Assembly (NCBI GenBank): GCA_965204375.1
Contig: OZ241986.1
Location: 6,048,001-6,112,000 of the forward strand
Source: Candidatus Latescibacterota bacterium
Lineage (GTDB): Bacteria; Latescibacterota; UBA2968
Reading direction: 5' to 3'
DNA: 64,000 nt
The notes beneath the pieces are model-generated. The model was not told the DNA's origin. It did not search any database and saw nothing but the letters and a program-made list of their open reading frames with translations. Positions 8,434 to 18,589 of this stretch are shown here, piece by piece (the stretch's first letter is position 1; each line of letters starts with the position of its first letter). The translations under genes were made by a program, and so were the position numbers.

Positions 8434-11235
8434 ATGTCATTCGATATTGCTGCAATTGCCAATGCCGATTATATCGACGCGATGTATGAGAAGTACAAAC
8501 AAGACCCAGATCTGGTGGATGAAAGATGGCATATATTTTTTGCGGGTTTTGATTTGGGGATGCAACGCGATGAGGCTGAAGTGATTCCAGATACGTCAGG
8601 TGAGAGCCAGGCTGAGGAAGATGTGATGGCGTTTCTCGATGCTTATGACACGTTGGAGGAATATACCCGTATGGATGCGAATAGGCAACAGGGGGCTATG
8701 GCTCTGGTCAATGCCTATCGCACATGGGGGCACCTTGTTGCCGATATCGCGCCGATGAGTTATACGCGCCCACCGTATCCGCTATTGGAGTTGTCCGAAT
8801 ACGGCTTTACAGAAGAGGACCTGGATCAAATTGTCGGCAATGGCGGGTTCCTCGGTCCCACGGACGGTACGTTGCGCGACCTCGTTGCAAAGCTCAGGCA
8901 AACATACTGCGGTCCTGTGGCGGTAGAATACACCGATATACCGTATAAGAGCCAGCACGAGTGGCTGGAGCAGCACATGGAGCCAATATTAAATCGACCG
9001 AAACTTAGCGCAGAACAATGCCGAGATCTGCTGAGAAAATTGATCGAGGCACAGGAGTTTGAACAATTTTTGCACGTTAAATATATCGGGAGAAAGCGAT
9101 TTTCTATTGAAGGTGGCGAAGCGCTGATCCCGATGTTGCACGCGCTTATTGAAACTGGGGCTGCGCTAAATGTCGAAGAAATGGTGATGGGGATGGCGCA
9201 TCGAGGCAGGCTCAATGTGCTCACGCATATTATGCAAAAGCCCTATCCGGAGATATTCAGTGAATTTGAAGGTGTTGAGGTGGGGCGCTCCGAGGGGTCG
9301 GGCGATGTAAAATACCACATGGGGTTTGCCCATGAGTATGTCACGCGCGATGGTCACACCGTGCATTTGGGATTGACGCCCAATCCGAGTCACCTCGAGT
9401 TGGTCAATCCCGTGATTGAGGGCATTGTTTGTACGAAGCAAGAGACAAAAGGCGATATTCAGCACGAGCATATCGTACCGTTGATTATCCACGGCGATGC
9501 CGCTTTTGCCGGGCAGGGCATTGTGCCTGAGACGATTTGCTTGTCCCATCTGGATGGCTATGATAATGGGGGTACGATTCACATTGTTGTGAATAATCAG
9601 ATTGGTTTTACAGCACTGCCCCGGGAATCCCGTTTTACAGCGTATCCAACAGATGTGGCGAAGATCGTTAAGATGCCCATTTTTCACGTCAATGCCGATG
9701 ATCCCGAAGCTGTGGTACACGCGGCGCGTATGGCTATGGCTTATCGCCAGGCGGTGAAAAACGATGTGATTATCGATCTGTGGTGTTATCGCCGATACGG
9801 TCATAATGAATCCGACGATCCCGCTTTTACACAGCCCCTGCAATCTGCTGAGATCGCCGAGCATCCAACGGTTGTCGATCTGTATGCGAGGCGTTTGATT
9901 GAGCAAAATATCGCAACAGAAGATGATGTCGATGCGATGAAGCAGGGTGTACGCGAGAAGCTCGAGGCGGCATTCGCTGATGCCAAAGATCAAAAGACAA
10001 AACCGCGTGAGCCAAGATTTGGGGGCGCGTGGAAGGGATTTGGGAAGGCGGGCGCAGATCGCACGGCAAAAACTGCGGTGGATAGAGAGAAGTTGATTGA
10101 TATTGCCCAAAAGGCGACGACGGTGCCCGAGGGATTTAACGCTTATCGCAAATTGATGCGCCAACTCGATTACCGCATGCAAATGGTCCACGGCAAGGTG
10201 GGTATGGACTGGGGCTGTGCGGAGATGCTCGCGTTTGGCAGTGTGTTAGTCGATGGGTTCCCGGTGCGATTGGCCGGACAAGATTCTCAGCGGGGTACAT
10301 TTAGCCATCGACAAGCGGTGTGGCACGATATTGAAAATGGTTCGATTTATTCACCGCTGAATCATCTATCGAATGGTCAGGGGGGGTTCAGGGTCTATAA
10401 TACGATGCTTTCGGAATTGGCGGTGCTGGGCTTTGAGTTTGGCGTGAGTTATGCCAATCCCAATAAGTTGACGATCTGGGAAGCTCAGTTTGGCGATTTT
10501 GCCAATGGCGCGCAGACGATTATCGATCAGTTTATTTCCAGTTCAGAGGCAAAATGGCATAAGATGAGCGGGCTGGTGATGCTGTTGCCGCACGGGTTTG
10601 AAGGCCAGGGTCCAGAACATTCGAGCGCACGGTTAGAGCGGTTTCAGGCGCTGTGTGCCGAAGACAATATGCAGGTGGGCTGCCCCACGCTGCCCGCGCA
10701 GTATTTTCATTTGCTGCGCCGCCAGATGCTGCGCGCATTTCGCAAGCCTCTCGTTTTGATGATGCCAAAGAGTTTGTTGCGGCACAAAGAATCGACCTCC
10801 ACGCTTGAGGATTTGTCCGAGGGCGCGTTTTATCCCGTTTTAGACGATCCCGCACAGCCCGATCCCAGCGGTGTGAAGCGCGTTGTTTTCTGTACGGGTA
10901 AGGTCTTTTTTGACCTCAAAGAGGGGCGGGACAAAAAAGGCGAGGAACGGCTCGCACTGGTGCGGATTGAGGAACACTATCCCTTTCCGTGGGATGAGGT
11001 GGGTGCTATACTCGAAAAATACGGCGATGCGGATATTTTCTGGGGACAAGAGGAGCCGCAAAATATGGGTAGTTGGGATTTTATGGAGCCAAAACTCCGC
11101 AGGTTGCTCGATAACCAAGAGCCAGTGCGCTATCTGGGACGAAAGCCTACGGCTGCAACGGCCACGGGGATTCAGTCGGTGCATCTGGCCGAGCAGCAAG
11201 AGATTGTGGAGATGGCTTTACGAATAGACGAATAG
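8434..11235 (+). CDS. sucA: 2-oxoglutarate dehydrogenase E1
   Basis: 'KRFSIEGGE', 'GMAHRGRLNVL', 'GDVKYH.G', TPP motif 'HGDAAFAGQG', 'WEAQFGDFANGAQ', 'GPEHSSARLERF'. Confidence 0.97.
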   Translation: MSFDIAAIANADYIDAMYEKYKQDPDLVDERWHIFFAGFDLGMQRDEAEVIPDTSGESQAEEDVMAFLDAYDTLEEYTRMDANRQQGAMALVNAYRTWGHLVADIAPMSYTRPPYPLLELSEYGFTEEDLDQIVGNGGFLGPTDGTLRDLVAKLRQTYCGPVAVEYTDIPYKSQHEWLEQHMEPILNRPKLSAEQCRDLLRKLIEAQEFEQFLHVKYIGRKRFSIEGGEALIPMLHALIETGAALNVEEMVMGMAHRGRLNVLTHIMQKPYPEIFSEFEGVEVGRSEGSGDVKYHMGFAHEYVTRDGHTVHLGLTPNPSHLELVNPVIEGIVCTKQETKGDIQHEHIVPLIIHGDAAFAGQGIVPETICLSHLDGYDNGGTIHIVVNNQIGFTALPRESRFTAYPTDVAKIVKMPIFHVNADDPEAVVHAARMAMAYRQAVKNDVIIDLWCYRRYGHNESDDPAFTQPLQSAEIAEHPTVVDLYARRLIEQNIATEDDVDAMKQGVREKLEAAFADAKDQKTKPREPRFGGAWKGFGKAGADRTAKTAVDREKLIDIAQKATTVPEGFNAYRKLMRQLDYRMQMVHGKVGMDWGCAEMLAFGSVLVDGFPVRLAGQDSQRGTFSHRQAVWHDIENGSIYSPLNHLSNGQGGFRVYNTMLSELAVLGFEFGVSYANPNKLTIWEAQFGDFANGAQTIIDQFISSSEAKWHKMSGLVMLLPHGFEGQGPEHSSARLERFQALCAEDNMQVGCPTLPAQYFHLLRRQMLRAFRKPLVLMMPKSLLRHKESTSTLEDLSEGAFYPVLDDPAQPDPSGVKRVVFCTGKVFFDLKEGRDKKGEERLALVRIEEHYPFPWDEVGAILEKYGDADIFWGQEEPQNMGSWDFMEPKLRRLLDNQEPVRYLGRKPTAATATGIQSVHLAEQQEIVEMALRIDE

Positions 11236-11241
11236 ACGAAT
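11221..11241 (+). repeat. CGAATAGA 8-mer tandem repeat (family A), contains the sucA stop codon
   Basis: cgaatagacgaatagacgaat; same unit at 24701, 24750 and reversed at 49464-49491. Confidence 0.8.
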
Positions 11242-11285
11242 GGCAATACATACTGATTTCGGGGGGATGGGCGGGGTTCGTTGAT

Positions 11286-11321
11286 GAACTGGCCTGAGAG
11301 GCGGCCAGTTGTACCCCGTTC
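11286..11321 (-). repeat. 36-nt hairpin mini-element, copy 1
   Basis: Reverse complement GAACGGGGTACAACTGGCCGCCTCTCAGGCCAGTTC, embedded in CGAATCAA-type repeats. Confidence 0.75.
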
Positions 11322-11360
11322 CGTTGATTCGCTTGTAGTTGCTTTTAAGGAGGCGCGTAC

Positions 11361-12560
11361 ATGCCTGTTGATGTGGTTTTGCCCGAATTGGGAGAGTCAG
11401 TGGCCGATGCCATTTTGGTGGAGTGGTTGAAATCGGATGGTGACGCCGTAGCGGTGGATGAACCCCTTGCGGTTATTGAGACGGATAAAGCCGATGTCGA
11501 ATTGCCCGCGCCTTCGGCGGGTGTGTTGCATACGCTGAAGGCCGATGGCGATACAATTGAGGTCGGCGAGACCATTGCCACAATTGATGAGGATGGCAAA
11601 GCTGTCTCAAAGGCTGAAGTATCGGAGAAGGTCGATACGCCTGTAGAGCTTGTAGAGGCCGATGGTTTGAGTCCGGCAGTGCGCCGGTTGGTGACAGAGC
11701 ACGACCTCGATCCCGCAGCGATTACGGGTACGGGAAAAGATGGGCGATTGACCAAAGGAGATGTGCTGGCGTACCTCGATTCAGAAGTGTCTGAAGTACC
11801 CGATTCGCCCGTTTCTGAACCCGAAGCGCCTGCATCACCTCCTGCTCCTGCTGTTTCGAGCGATGGCGAGCGGCGCGAACCCATGAGCCAAATTCGCACG
11901 CGCATTGCCGAGCGTCTGGTTTCTGCTCAGCAGACAGCGGCGATGTTGACGACGTTTAATGAAGTAGATATGAGCGGTATTTTTGATTTGCGCACGAAAT
12001 ACAAAGAGATGTTTGCAGATGTACACGGTATCTCTCTGGGTCTGATGTCCTTTTTTGTTCGCGCCAGTGTTATTGCTTTGCAGGAATATCCCGATGTAAA
12101 TGCCAGTATCGATGGTTCTGATATTGTTTATCGCGATTATGTCAATATGGGCATTGCTGTGGGTACTGATCGCGGTCTTGTCGTGCCGGTTTTGAAGTCG
12201 GCAGAGCGCATGTCTTTTGCCACTATTGAGTCTGAAATTAAGCGCGTGGCTCTTTCTGCGCGAGAAGGCAAGTTGGGGTTGGATGAGTTGAGCGGGGGCA
12301 CGTTTACAATTACTAATGGCGGGGTGTTTGGGTCGCTGTTGTCAACGCCTATTCTCAACCCGCCTCAGACGGGGATTTTGGGGATGCACGCGATTCAGAA
12401 TCGGCCCATCGCCGTGGGGGATGAGGTGGTTGTTCGCCCGATGATGTATCTGGCATTGACTTATGATCACCGCCTGATTGACGGTCAGACTTCGGTCACG
12501 TTTCTCGTTCGCGTAAAAGACCTGCTCGAAGATCCCGCGCGTATGATGCTGGAAGTGTGA
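11361..12560 (+). CDS. sucB: Dihydrolipoamide succinyltransferase E2
   Basis: Lipoyl motif 'ETDKA', E3-binding '[11 protein letters not shown]', '[11 protein letters not shown]', catalytic 'YDHRLIDG'. Confidence 0.96.
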   Translation: MPVDVVLPELGESVADAILVEWLKSDGDAVAVDEPLAVIETDKADVELPAPSAGVLHTLKADGDTIEVGETIATIDEDGKAVSKAEVSEKVDTPVELVEADGLSPAVRRLVTEHDLDPAAITGTGKDGRLTKGDVLAYLDSEVSEVPDSPVSEPEAPASPPAPAVSSDGERREPMSQIRTRIAERLVSAQQTAAMLTTFNEVDMSGIFDLRTKYKEMFADVHGISLGLMSFFVRASVIALQEYPDVNASIDGSDIVYRDYVNMGIAVGTDRGLVVPVLKSAERMSFATIESEIKRVALSAREGKLGLDELSGGTFTITNGGVFGSLLSTPILNPPQTGILGMHAIQNRPIAVGDEVVVRPMMYLALTYDHRLIDGQTSVTFLVRVKDLLEDPARMMLEV

Positions 12561-12572
12561 AAGGAGCCTCTC

Positions 12573-13958
12573 GTGGCAGATAATACATTCGATCTCATTG
12601 TTATCGGTGCTGGACCGGGGGGGTATGTCGCGGCGATTCGCGCGACGCAATTGGGCATGCGCGTGGCATGCGTTGAGAAACAGGCATTGGGTGGCACCTG
12701 TCTGAATGTGGGCTGTATTCCGAGTAAAGCCCTTTTGGAATCGAGTGAGTTGTTTCACCAGGCGGAGTCTTCGTTGGGTATTCACGGTGTGAAGACCGGT
12801 GGTGTGGAACTGGATTTGAAGGGTATGATGAAGCGCAAGTCCGGTATTGTGCGGAGGATGACGGGCGGTATTCGCGGTCTGTTTCGCAAGAATAATGTGA
12901 CGCATATTGCGGGGCTGGGGCGGTTGGCTGGGGATGGAAAGGTCGATGTTGGGGGAGATGTTTATTCGGCGGAGCGCATTTTGATCGCTACGGGTAGTTC
13001 TGCTATTGAGTTGCCCAATTTGCCTTATGATGGCGAGTATGTGATCAGTTCGACCGAGGCGTTGTCGCTGGACGAAGTGCCCGAGAAAATGATTGTTATT
13101 GGCGCAGGTGCAATCGGTCTCGAGTTGGGGTCGGTGTGGCATCGCCTGGGGGCAGAGGTGCATGTGGTGGAATTTCTCGATGGGGTGACGCCGACGATGG
13201 ACCGCGAATTGTCCCGCGGTTTGCAGAAGGTGCTGGAGAAACAGGGGCTGAGGTTTTCGTTTGAAACGCGTGCGGAGTCGGCTGAGGTTCGCGATGGGAA
13301 GGTGATTGTGACTCTCGCACAGGGCGAGGAGATGACTTCGGAGGTGTGTGACCGATTGTTGGTCGCTGTTGGGCGAAGGCCAAATACCGATGGGCTGGGT
13401 GGCGAAGATGTGGGTTTGGAGATGGATGACCAGGGACGCATTCTGGTCGATGACGTATTTGAGACAAATTTGCCTGGTGTCTATGCGATTGGCGATGTGA
13501 TTCCCGGTCCGATGCTGGCGCACAAGGCAGAGGAAGAGGGTGTGGCTGCGGTGGAATGTATGGCGGGAAGGGCGGGGCATGTGAATTATGGCGCGATTCC
13601 CAATGTGGTGTACACGCATCCAGAACTGGCATCGGTGGGGCTGACAGAGGAGCAGGTTGCGGCGGATGGCATTCCCTACAAGGTGGGTAAGTTTCCAATA
13701 GCTGCCAATGGTCGCGCACATACGCTACAGGCGGTGGACGGACAGGTGAAGATTATTGCCCACGAAGAGACAGATCGCGTGTTGGGTATTCACATTTTGG
13801 CCGCACGCGCGTCCGATATGCTCGCCGAAGGGGTTCTGGCAATGGAATTTTCCGCGAGTGCAGAGGATATTGCGCGAACAATGCACGCACATCCCACGCT
13901 GCCAGAGGCGCTAAAGGAGGCCGCGTTGAATGTGGAGAATGAGGCGATTCATATTTGA
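12573..13958 (+). CDS. lpdA: Dihydrolipoamide dehydrogenase E3
   Basis: 'GAGPGGYVAAIRA', 'GGTCLNVGCIPSK', 'HAHPTL.EA'. Confidence 0.97.
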   Translation: MADNTFDLIVIGAGPGGYVAAIRATQLGMRVACVEKQALGGTCLNVGCIPSKALLESSELFHQAESSLGIHGVKTGGVELDLKGMMKRKSGIVRRMTGGIRGLFRKNNVTHIAGLGRLAGDGKVDVGGDVYSAERILIATGSSAIELPNLPYDGEYVISSTEALSLDEVPEKMIVIGAGAIGLELGSVWHRLGAEVHVVEFLDGVTPTMDRELSRGLQKVLEKQGLRFSFETRAESAEVRDGKVIVTLAQGEEMTSEVCDRLLVAVGRRPNTDGLGGEDVGLEMDDQGRILVDDVFETNLPGVYAIGDVIPGPMLAHKAEEEGVAAVECMAGRAGHVNYGAIPNVVYTHPELASVGLTEEQVAADGIPYKVGKFPIAANGRAHTLQAVDGQVKIIAHEETDRVLGIHILAARASDMLAEGVLAMEFSASAEDIARTMHAHPTLPEALKEAALNVENEAIHI

Positions 13959-13964
13959 GAAAAC

Positions 13965-13993
13965 TTGACATTGCCTGTTTATATATGTAGCTT
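13965..13993 (+). promoter_or_regulatory. Sigma70-type promoter of the ABC-F leader
   Basis: TTGACA, 17 nt, TAGCTT. Confidence 0.55.
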
Positions 13994-14023
13994 TAAAAAA
14001 CATCACCTTTAAGGTTTAATCTA

Positions 14024-14101
14024 ATGACATCTTCTTTCACGCATACATCTATCGCTCACCAGACTATGATCGTTTTGCTGGTGAGAAAGGCCGCGTCCTG
14101 A
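14024..14101 (+). CDS. Putative 25-aa leader peptide (uORF) MTSSFTHTSIAHQTMIVLLVRKAAS
   Basis: ATG about 30 nt after the promoter with an AAGG RBS; its 3' end contains AAAGGCCG, complementary to the downstream terminator arm. Confidence 0.45.
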   Translation: MTSSFTHTSIAHQTMIVLLVRKAAS

Positions 14102-14212
14102 AGACGGGTTTTAGGGGATAGGTGTGTCCAAGCGCGAAAGAAGAGACCTTGCCTGATTTGTTCATAAAACAAATAAAATGAACGATTTAGGCTTGATTGT
14201 AGTTTATTTTTT

Positions 14213-14254
14213 AAGGCTGTGGCACACATTGTGACCACGGCCTTTTCTTTTTTT
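14213..14254 (+). terminator. Intrinsic terminator (attenuator) immediately upstream of the ABC-F start
   Basis: AAGGCTGTGG...CCACGGCCTT followed by TTCTTTTTTT. Confidence 0.65.
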
Positions 14255-14267
14255 GAAAGTGCGACCA

Positions 14268-16061
14268 ATGACCATTTTAGAATTACATCATATTGCAATG
14301 GCTTACGGTGCTCAGGATGTGCTGATCGATGTGTCTTTTAAGATCAATAAAGGCGAAAAGGTTGGTTTGATTGGTGACAATGGCTGTGGGAAGTCCACCA
14401 TTTTGAAACTGATTGCAGGTATTGAAACACCCGTTTCTGGCACTGTGAGTAAGGTAAAAGGTAGATCTACGGGGTATCTCGAGCAGCACCTGAAATTTCA
14501 GGCGGGAAGGCGTGTTGAAGAAGAAATTGCCTCGGTATTTGAAGCAGTCAATCAGATGCAGCACAAAATGCGCGAACTGGAAGCTCAGATGGCAAACGGT
14601 GCGTCCGATCAGATCAACGCTGTGATGGAACAGTATGGGCGTTTACAGGAGGCTTTTGAGCGGGCAGATGGCTATGCTTGTCAGGCAAAAATTGATGCGG
14701 TCATAGACGGACTGGGTATAGATGCCTGGCGGGACCAATCTGTCGATGTACTGAGTGGCGGCGAAAAGAATCTGGTGGGCTTGGCAAAAATTCTGCTGGG
14801 CGAGCCTGACCTGCTGTTGCTGGACGAACCGGGCAATCATCTCGATTTTGAAGGGTTGGCCTGGTTAGAGACATTTTTGCAAAATTTGGACCGAACGGTG
14901 ATTCTGGTATCGCACGACCGCTATATGCTGGATCGGGTTGTGAATCGGATTGTGGAAGTTGAAGATGGAAAAGCCAGCACATATATGGGCAATTATTCGG
15001 CCTACCGCGCAGAAAAAATGCGTCAATTGCTCTTGCAGAAAGCGGCATACGATAACCAGCAGAAGGAAATTCAACGGCTGGAGGAGATGATCAAGCGTTT
15101 TGAATTGTGGGGTGTAGAAAAGAATATACGGCGTGCGAGAAATAAGGGAAAAATGCTGGACCGCATAGATCGGATCCATCGGCCAGTCATGGATCGCCAG
15201 CGCATTGATCCTGCATTTGGCGCAATTCAGGGTAGTGGAAAAATTGCTTTAGAGTTGCGGAAATACGAGCGCAAAGCGGGTAAGCGCACGCTGTTTCGAG
15301 ATGTTGATTTGCTGGTGCAATCGGGCGAGCGCGTCGGATTGGTTGGGGGTAATGGGACAGGTAAATCCATGCTCTTTAAGGATATTGTTGCCGAGGCTGC
15401 CTGGGAACACCCCACTATGCGAATTGGTCCACGCATTCAATTGGGATATTACGCACAAGAACACGAGACCTTAAATGACAACCGAACCATTCTCGAAGAG
15501 ATCTGTTTGTCGGGTGGGCTAAACCGCGATCAAGGAGGTAGGGTGCTGTCCAGGTTTTTATTTGGATGGCGTGATTTGGACAAAAAAGTCGGCAGTTTAA
15601 GCGGCGGAGAAAAAAGCCGTGTTCAATTGGCCTGTTTGATGGTGTCTGGGGCCAATATGTTGCTATTAGATGAGCCTACCAATCATCTGGATATCGCATC
15701 CCGCGAGCAGGTGGAAGATGCCCTTGAAGACTTTGACGGTACACTCATAGTGATTTCACACGATCGCTATTTTCTCGATAAAATCGCCGAGCGCGTGATT
15801 GAAGTGCGCGACCTGAATTTGGAGTCCCATGTAGGCAATTTTTCAGATTTTTGGGCAAAACAGAGATCAGATAAAACGCCGGATGGAGAGATCGATTCTG
15901 AGGTTGAAAAACAAATTGAGGCGCTGGAAAATGAAAAATTGCGATTGGAACGGGGGATGGCATCGGCTTTTGAAAAAAGAGATTTCAAGCGAGGAGACCG
16001 CCTCAGCCGTCGGTTGCGTCTGGTGGAACAGCAGATTGAAAACCTTTATGAGGCTTTGTAA
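14268..16061 (+). CDS. ABC-F family ATPase (ribosome-associated/ARE-like, no TM domains)
   Basis: Two NBDs (GDNGCGKS, GGNGTGKS; LSGGE twice; 'LLLDEP.NHLD' twice; 'SHDRY.LD'), interdomain linker, C-terminal coiled coil. Confidence 0.92.
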   Translation: MTILELHHIAMAYGAQDVLIDVSFKINKGEKVGLIGDNGCGKSTILKLIAGIETPVSGTVSKVKGRSTGYLEQHLKFQAGRRVEEEIASVFEAVNQMQHKMRELEAQMANGASDQINAVMEQYGRLQEAFERADGYACQAKIDAVIDGLGIDAWRDQSVDVLSGGEKNLVGLAKILLGEPDLLLLDEPGNHLDFEGLAWLETFLQNLDRTVILVSHDRYMLDRVVNRIVEVEDGKASTYMGNYSAYRAEKMRQLLLQKAAYDNQQKEIQRLEEMIKRFELWGVEKNIRRARNKGKMLDRIDRIHRPVMDRQRIDPAFGAIQGSGKIALELRKYERKAGKRTLFRDVDLLVQSGERVGLVGGNGTGKSMLFKDIVAEAAWEHPTMRIGPRIQLGYYAQEHETLNDNRTILEEICLSGGLNRDQGGRVLSRFLFGWRDLDKKVGSLSGGEKSRVQLACLMVSGANMLLLDEPTNHLDIASREQVEDALEDFDGTLIVISHDRYFLDKIAERVIEVRDLNLESHVGNFSDFWAKQRSDKTPDGEIDSEVEKQIEALENEKLRLERGMASAFEKRDFKRGDRLSRRLRLVEQQIENLYEAL

Positions 16062-16080
16062 CATATTCTCGTGTTACAAG

Positions 16081-16113
16081 AAAACACCGCAACAAATCTG
16101 CTGCGGTGTTTTT
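16081..16113. terminator. Bidirectional terminator between the convergent ABC-F and IHF/HU genes
   Basis: AAAACACCGCA...TGCGGTGTTTTT. Confidence 0.65.
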
Positions 16114-16117
16114 GCGT

Positions 16118-16150
16118 TTCATCTATGTTCATCTGCGTCCATCTGCGGAT
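16118..16150 (-). repeat. CGCAGATGA-type 9/10-mer tandem repeat (family B)
   Basis: Reverse complement atccgcagatggacgcagatgaacatagatgaa; near-identical to 24715-24743. Confidence 0.75.
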
Positions 16151-16161
16151 TATTGTGCCTT

Positions 16162-16470
16162 TCATTTTTCCAGATCTTTGAGGGGTATTGAAAGGGCGTC
16201 TCGAAGTATTTTGCCGGGTTTGAACCCCACTTTGCGTCGCGCAGGCACATAGACTTCTTCGCCCGTTCGGGGATTGCGCGCGCGAGGACGGGCATTGGTG
16301 CGTTTGACTTCCCAGCTTCCAAAGCCTCGAATTTCGATCCGTTCACCTTCGATGATAGCTTCTGCAAGGGTTTCAAAGAGTACATCTACAGCCTGTTTCG
16401 CCATCGTGTTTTTGCAATCAATTTCATCTGCAAGTATTTTTGCCAGGTCTGCTTTGGTGATGGTTTGCAC
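16162..16470 (-). CDS. HU/IHF family DNA-binding protein (IHF-beta-like)
   Basis: 'TKADL', 'IEIRGFGSW', 'ARNPRTGE.V.VP.RRKV.FKPGK'. Confidence 0.92.
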   Translation of the reverse strand: MQTITKADLAKILADEIDCKNTMAKQAVDVLFETLAEAIIEGERIEIRGFGSWEVKRTNARPRARNPRTGEEVYVPARRKVGFKPGKILRDALSIPLKDLEK

Positions 16471-16601
16471 TCGCTACCCTCCACAAAAAATACCAAGCGG
16501 TTGGATGGTTTGATAAAAATAAGGCGGAGTATCAAGAAAATAATGAAGTGGCTGTTCACAAAAAAACGGCGACCTCGCTGGATGGTCACCGCGATGATTG
16601 A

Positions 16602-16678
16602 TGGTGGGCGCACAGGGACTCGAACCCCGGACCAACGGATTATGAGTCCGTCGCTCTAACCAACTGAGCTATGCGCCC
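16602..16678 (-). tRNA. tRNA with CAT anticodon (probably tRNA-Ile2; elongator Met not excluded)
   Basis: GGGCGCATAGCTCAGTTGGTTAGAGCGACGGACTCATAATCCGTTGGTCCGGGGTTCGAGTCCCTGTGCGCCCACCA: full cloverleaf, encoded CCA, lacks initiator features. Confidence 0.93.
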
Positions 16679-16764
16679 CAAATTTACTTTTGCTAATTCA
16701 AACGAAGAATAAAGATACGGAACAGAGATAAGTTATGCAACCGAAAATTAGATACTTATGAAAG

Positions 16765-18537
16765 TTATTTTGGCTCAGCCATCGCTTTTCGCTGGGCGGT
16801 GAGGTGGCGGTGTTTTTCCAGTGTGGCGCGCAGGTCGTCGGGAGAAAGCGGTTGGCGCAATTGCTTTTCGATCAGTTCGATTTCGCCTTCGAGACTTTTG
16901 AGCTGGAACTTGTGAATATAATCTTGAATGGGAACATCGATGTTGGGATTCTCGATGCCGATTTCCAGAGATAGGTCGGTCAATATGCGGCTCAGGCGAT
17001 CATCGTTGCACTGATTGATGAGGTGCGCGGCTTCAATGGATTGTTTCTGTTGTCGGTTGCGGGCAATCAGAGCGGCGATTTGCCGGTAAGTACTGTTTGT
17101 AAAGTTGTCGGGAGAAATTTGCTTGAATACGCTATCGGCGGTTTCGGGATGTTGCATCAGGAAGGTGAGCAATTCGCGCTCAGAACGGGGCCGCGTATCA
17201 TAAGATTCGGGTTCTGGTTGTCCATTTTGCGGTCTCGTGGAGCGGCGTTGCGTTTGGGCAATGCCAATGAGGACTTTTTCATCTATCCCGATTTTTTCAG
17301 CGATGTCTTTGATGAGAAATTGTTTGAGGGCGTTGTCTGTGATGCGCCCAATGAGTTCGGCCAATGCGTTTGTCGTTCGGGTTTTGCCATCTACGGTGGA
17401 GAGGTCGTCGCGTTGGGCAAATTGTTCTATGAGAAAATCGATGGCGGGTGCGGCGTTTTCGGTGAGGCGCAGAAGGCCGTCGGGGCCATGGGCGCGCACA
17501 TAGCTGTCGGGGTCGTGGTCTTCGGGCAGGGTGACAACGCGCACTTCGAGGCCCACTTCAAAGAGCGATCCGATCCCTCGCATTGCCGCGGTTGCTCCGG
17601 CGGTGTCGCCGTCGAAAATGAGTATGGTTTTGGGCGCATAACGTCTGAGCAGACGCGCGTGGTCAGGCGTGAGTGCTGTGCCAGAGGATGCGACTGCGTT
17701 TTCAATGCCATACTGCGCCAGAGCAATGAGGTCCATATACCCTTCTACAACGAGTGCTGTTCCCGCGTCGCGAATGGCGTCTCTATCGCGCCACAAGCCG
17801 TACAGGGTGGCACTTTTGTTGTACACAGGGGTTTCCGGAGAGTTGATGTATTTGGCCTGTTCATTGGGGTCGAGGGCGCGCGCACCAAAAGCGACCGGGC
17901 GACCTGTGGCTGCGTGAATGGGGAAGGTGATGCGGTTGCGAAAGCGGTCGTAAAAACCACCTCCTTTTTCCCTTTGTAAGACCAGTCCGGCGCGTTCGAG
18001 TATTTGCGGAGAGAATCCTCGGCGGGTGGCGACTTGCAAGAAGCCCTCCCATTGATCGGGCGCATAACCGAGAGAAAAGGCATCGATTATGTCGCGGTTT
18101 ATACCGCGATTTTCGAGATAGGCCATTGCATCGGCGGCTTTTTCGTCTTGTGTGAGCAGGTGGTGAAAATATTTGACCGCGAGTTCATTGGCGCGGTAGA
18201 GCTGGTCAAAGACTTCCTGCTGGTCCGGGTCTGCTGGTTTTGCATCGGGCAGGGCTATGCCCGCGTGATCGGCGAGTTGACGAACGGCTTCGATAAAGCT
18301 GATGTTTTCTATGTCGCGCAAAAATGTAAAGCTGTTGCCGCCCGCACCGCAGGCGAAACACTTGTAGATTTGTTTTTCTTGTGAGACGTTTAAGGAGGGG
18401 GTGGAATCGTCGTGGAAGGGACACAGGCCGACAAAATTTTTGCCCCGGCGGGTCAGTGCAACGTGATCGCCTACGACATCGACGATGTCGATAGACAGGC
18501 GCACTTGATCGATGATCGTTTCTGGAATGCGCGGCAT
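16765..18537 (-). CDS. dnaG: DNA primase
   Basis: Zn finger 'CPFHDD.TPS...CFAC', 'KYINSPET', Toprim 'VVEGYMD...FDGD.AG', 'DPD'. Confidence 0.97.
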   Translation of the reverse strand: MPRIPETIIDQVRLSIDIVDVVGDHVALTRRGKNFVGLCPFHDDSTPSLNVSQEKQIYKCFACGAGGNSFTFLRDIENISFIEAVRQLADHAGIALPDAKPADPDQQEVFDQLYRANELAVKYFHHLLTQDEKAADAMAYLENRGINRDIIDAFSLGYAPDQWEGFLQVATRRGFSPQILERAGLVLQREKGGGFYDRFRNRITFPIHAATGRPVAFGARALDPNEQAKYINSPETPVYNKSATLYGLWRDRDAIRDAGTALVVEGYMDLIALAQYGIENAVASSGTALTPDHARLLRRYAPKTILIFDGDTAGATAAMRGIGSLFEVGLEVRVVTLPEDHDPDSYVRAHGPDGLLRLTENAAPAIDFLIEQFAQRDDLSTVDGKTRTTNALAELIGRITDNALKQFLIKDIAEKIGIDEKVLIGIAQTQRRSTRPQNGQPEPESYDTRPRSERELLTFLMQHPETADSVFKQISPDNFTNSTYRQIAALIARNRQQKQSIEAAHLINQCNDDRLSRILTDLSLEIGIENPNIDVPIQDYIHKFQLKSLEGEIELIEKQLRQPLSPDDLRATLEKHRHLTAQRKAMAEPK

Positions 18538-18589
18538 ATAAGGAACTCCCCGGGGAGAGGAGATGGTAGATGTAAATAGATGTTATGGG

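Noticed and set aside
9166-13721. Long antisense ORFs (341 aa and 459 aa) opposite sucA and lpdA; likewise 17023-17979, 21973-23001, 23586-24641 and 28451-29395
   Set aside because: Typical antisense shadows of highly conserved genes, with no motifs or RBS.
16602-16678. tRNA as an integration site
   Set aside because: No integrase and no duplicated tRNA 3' end nearby; the flanking genes are core.
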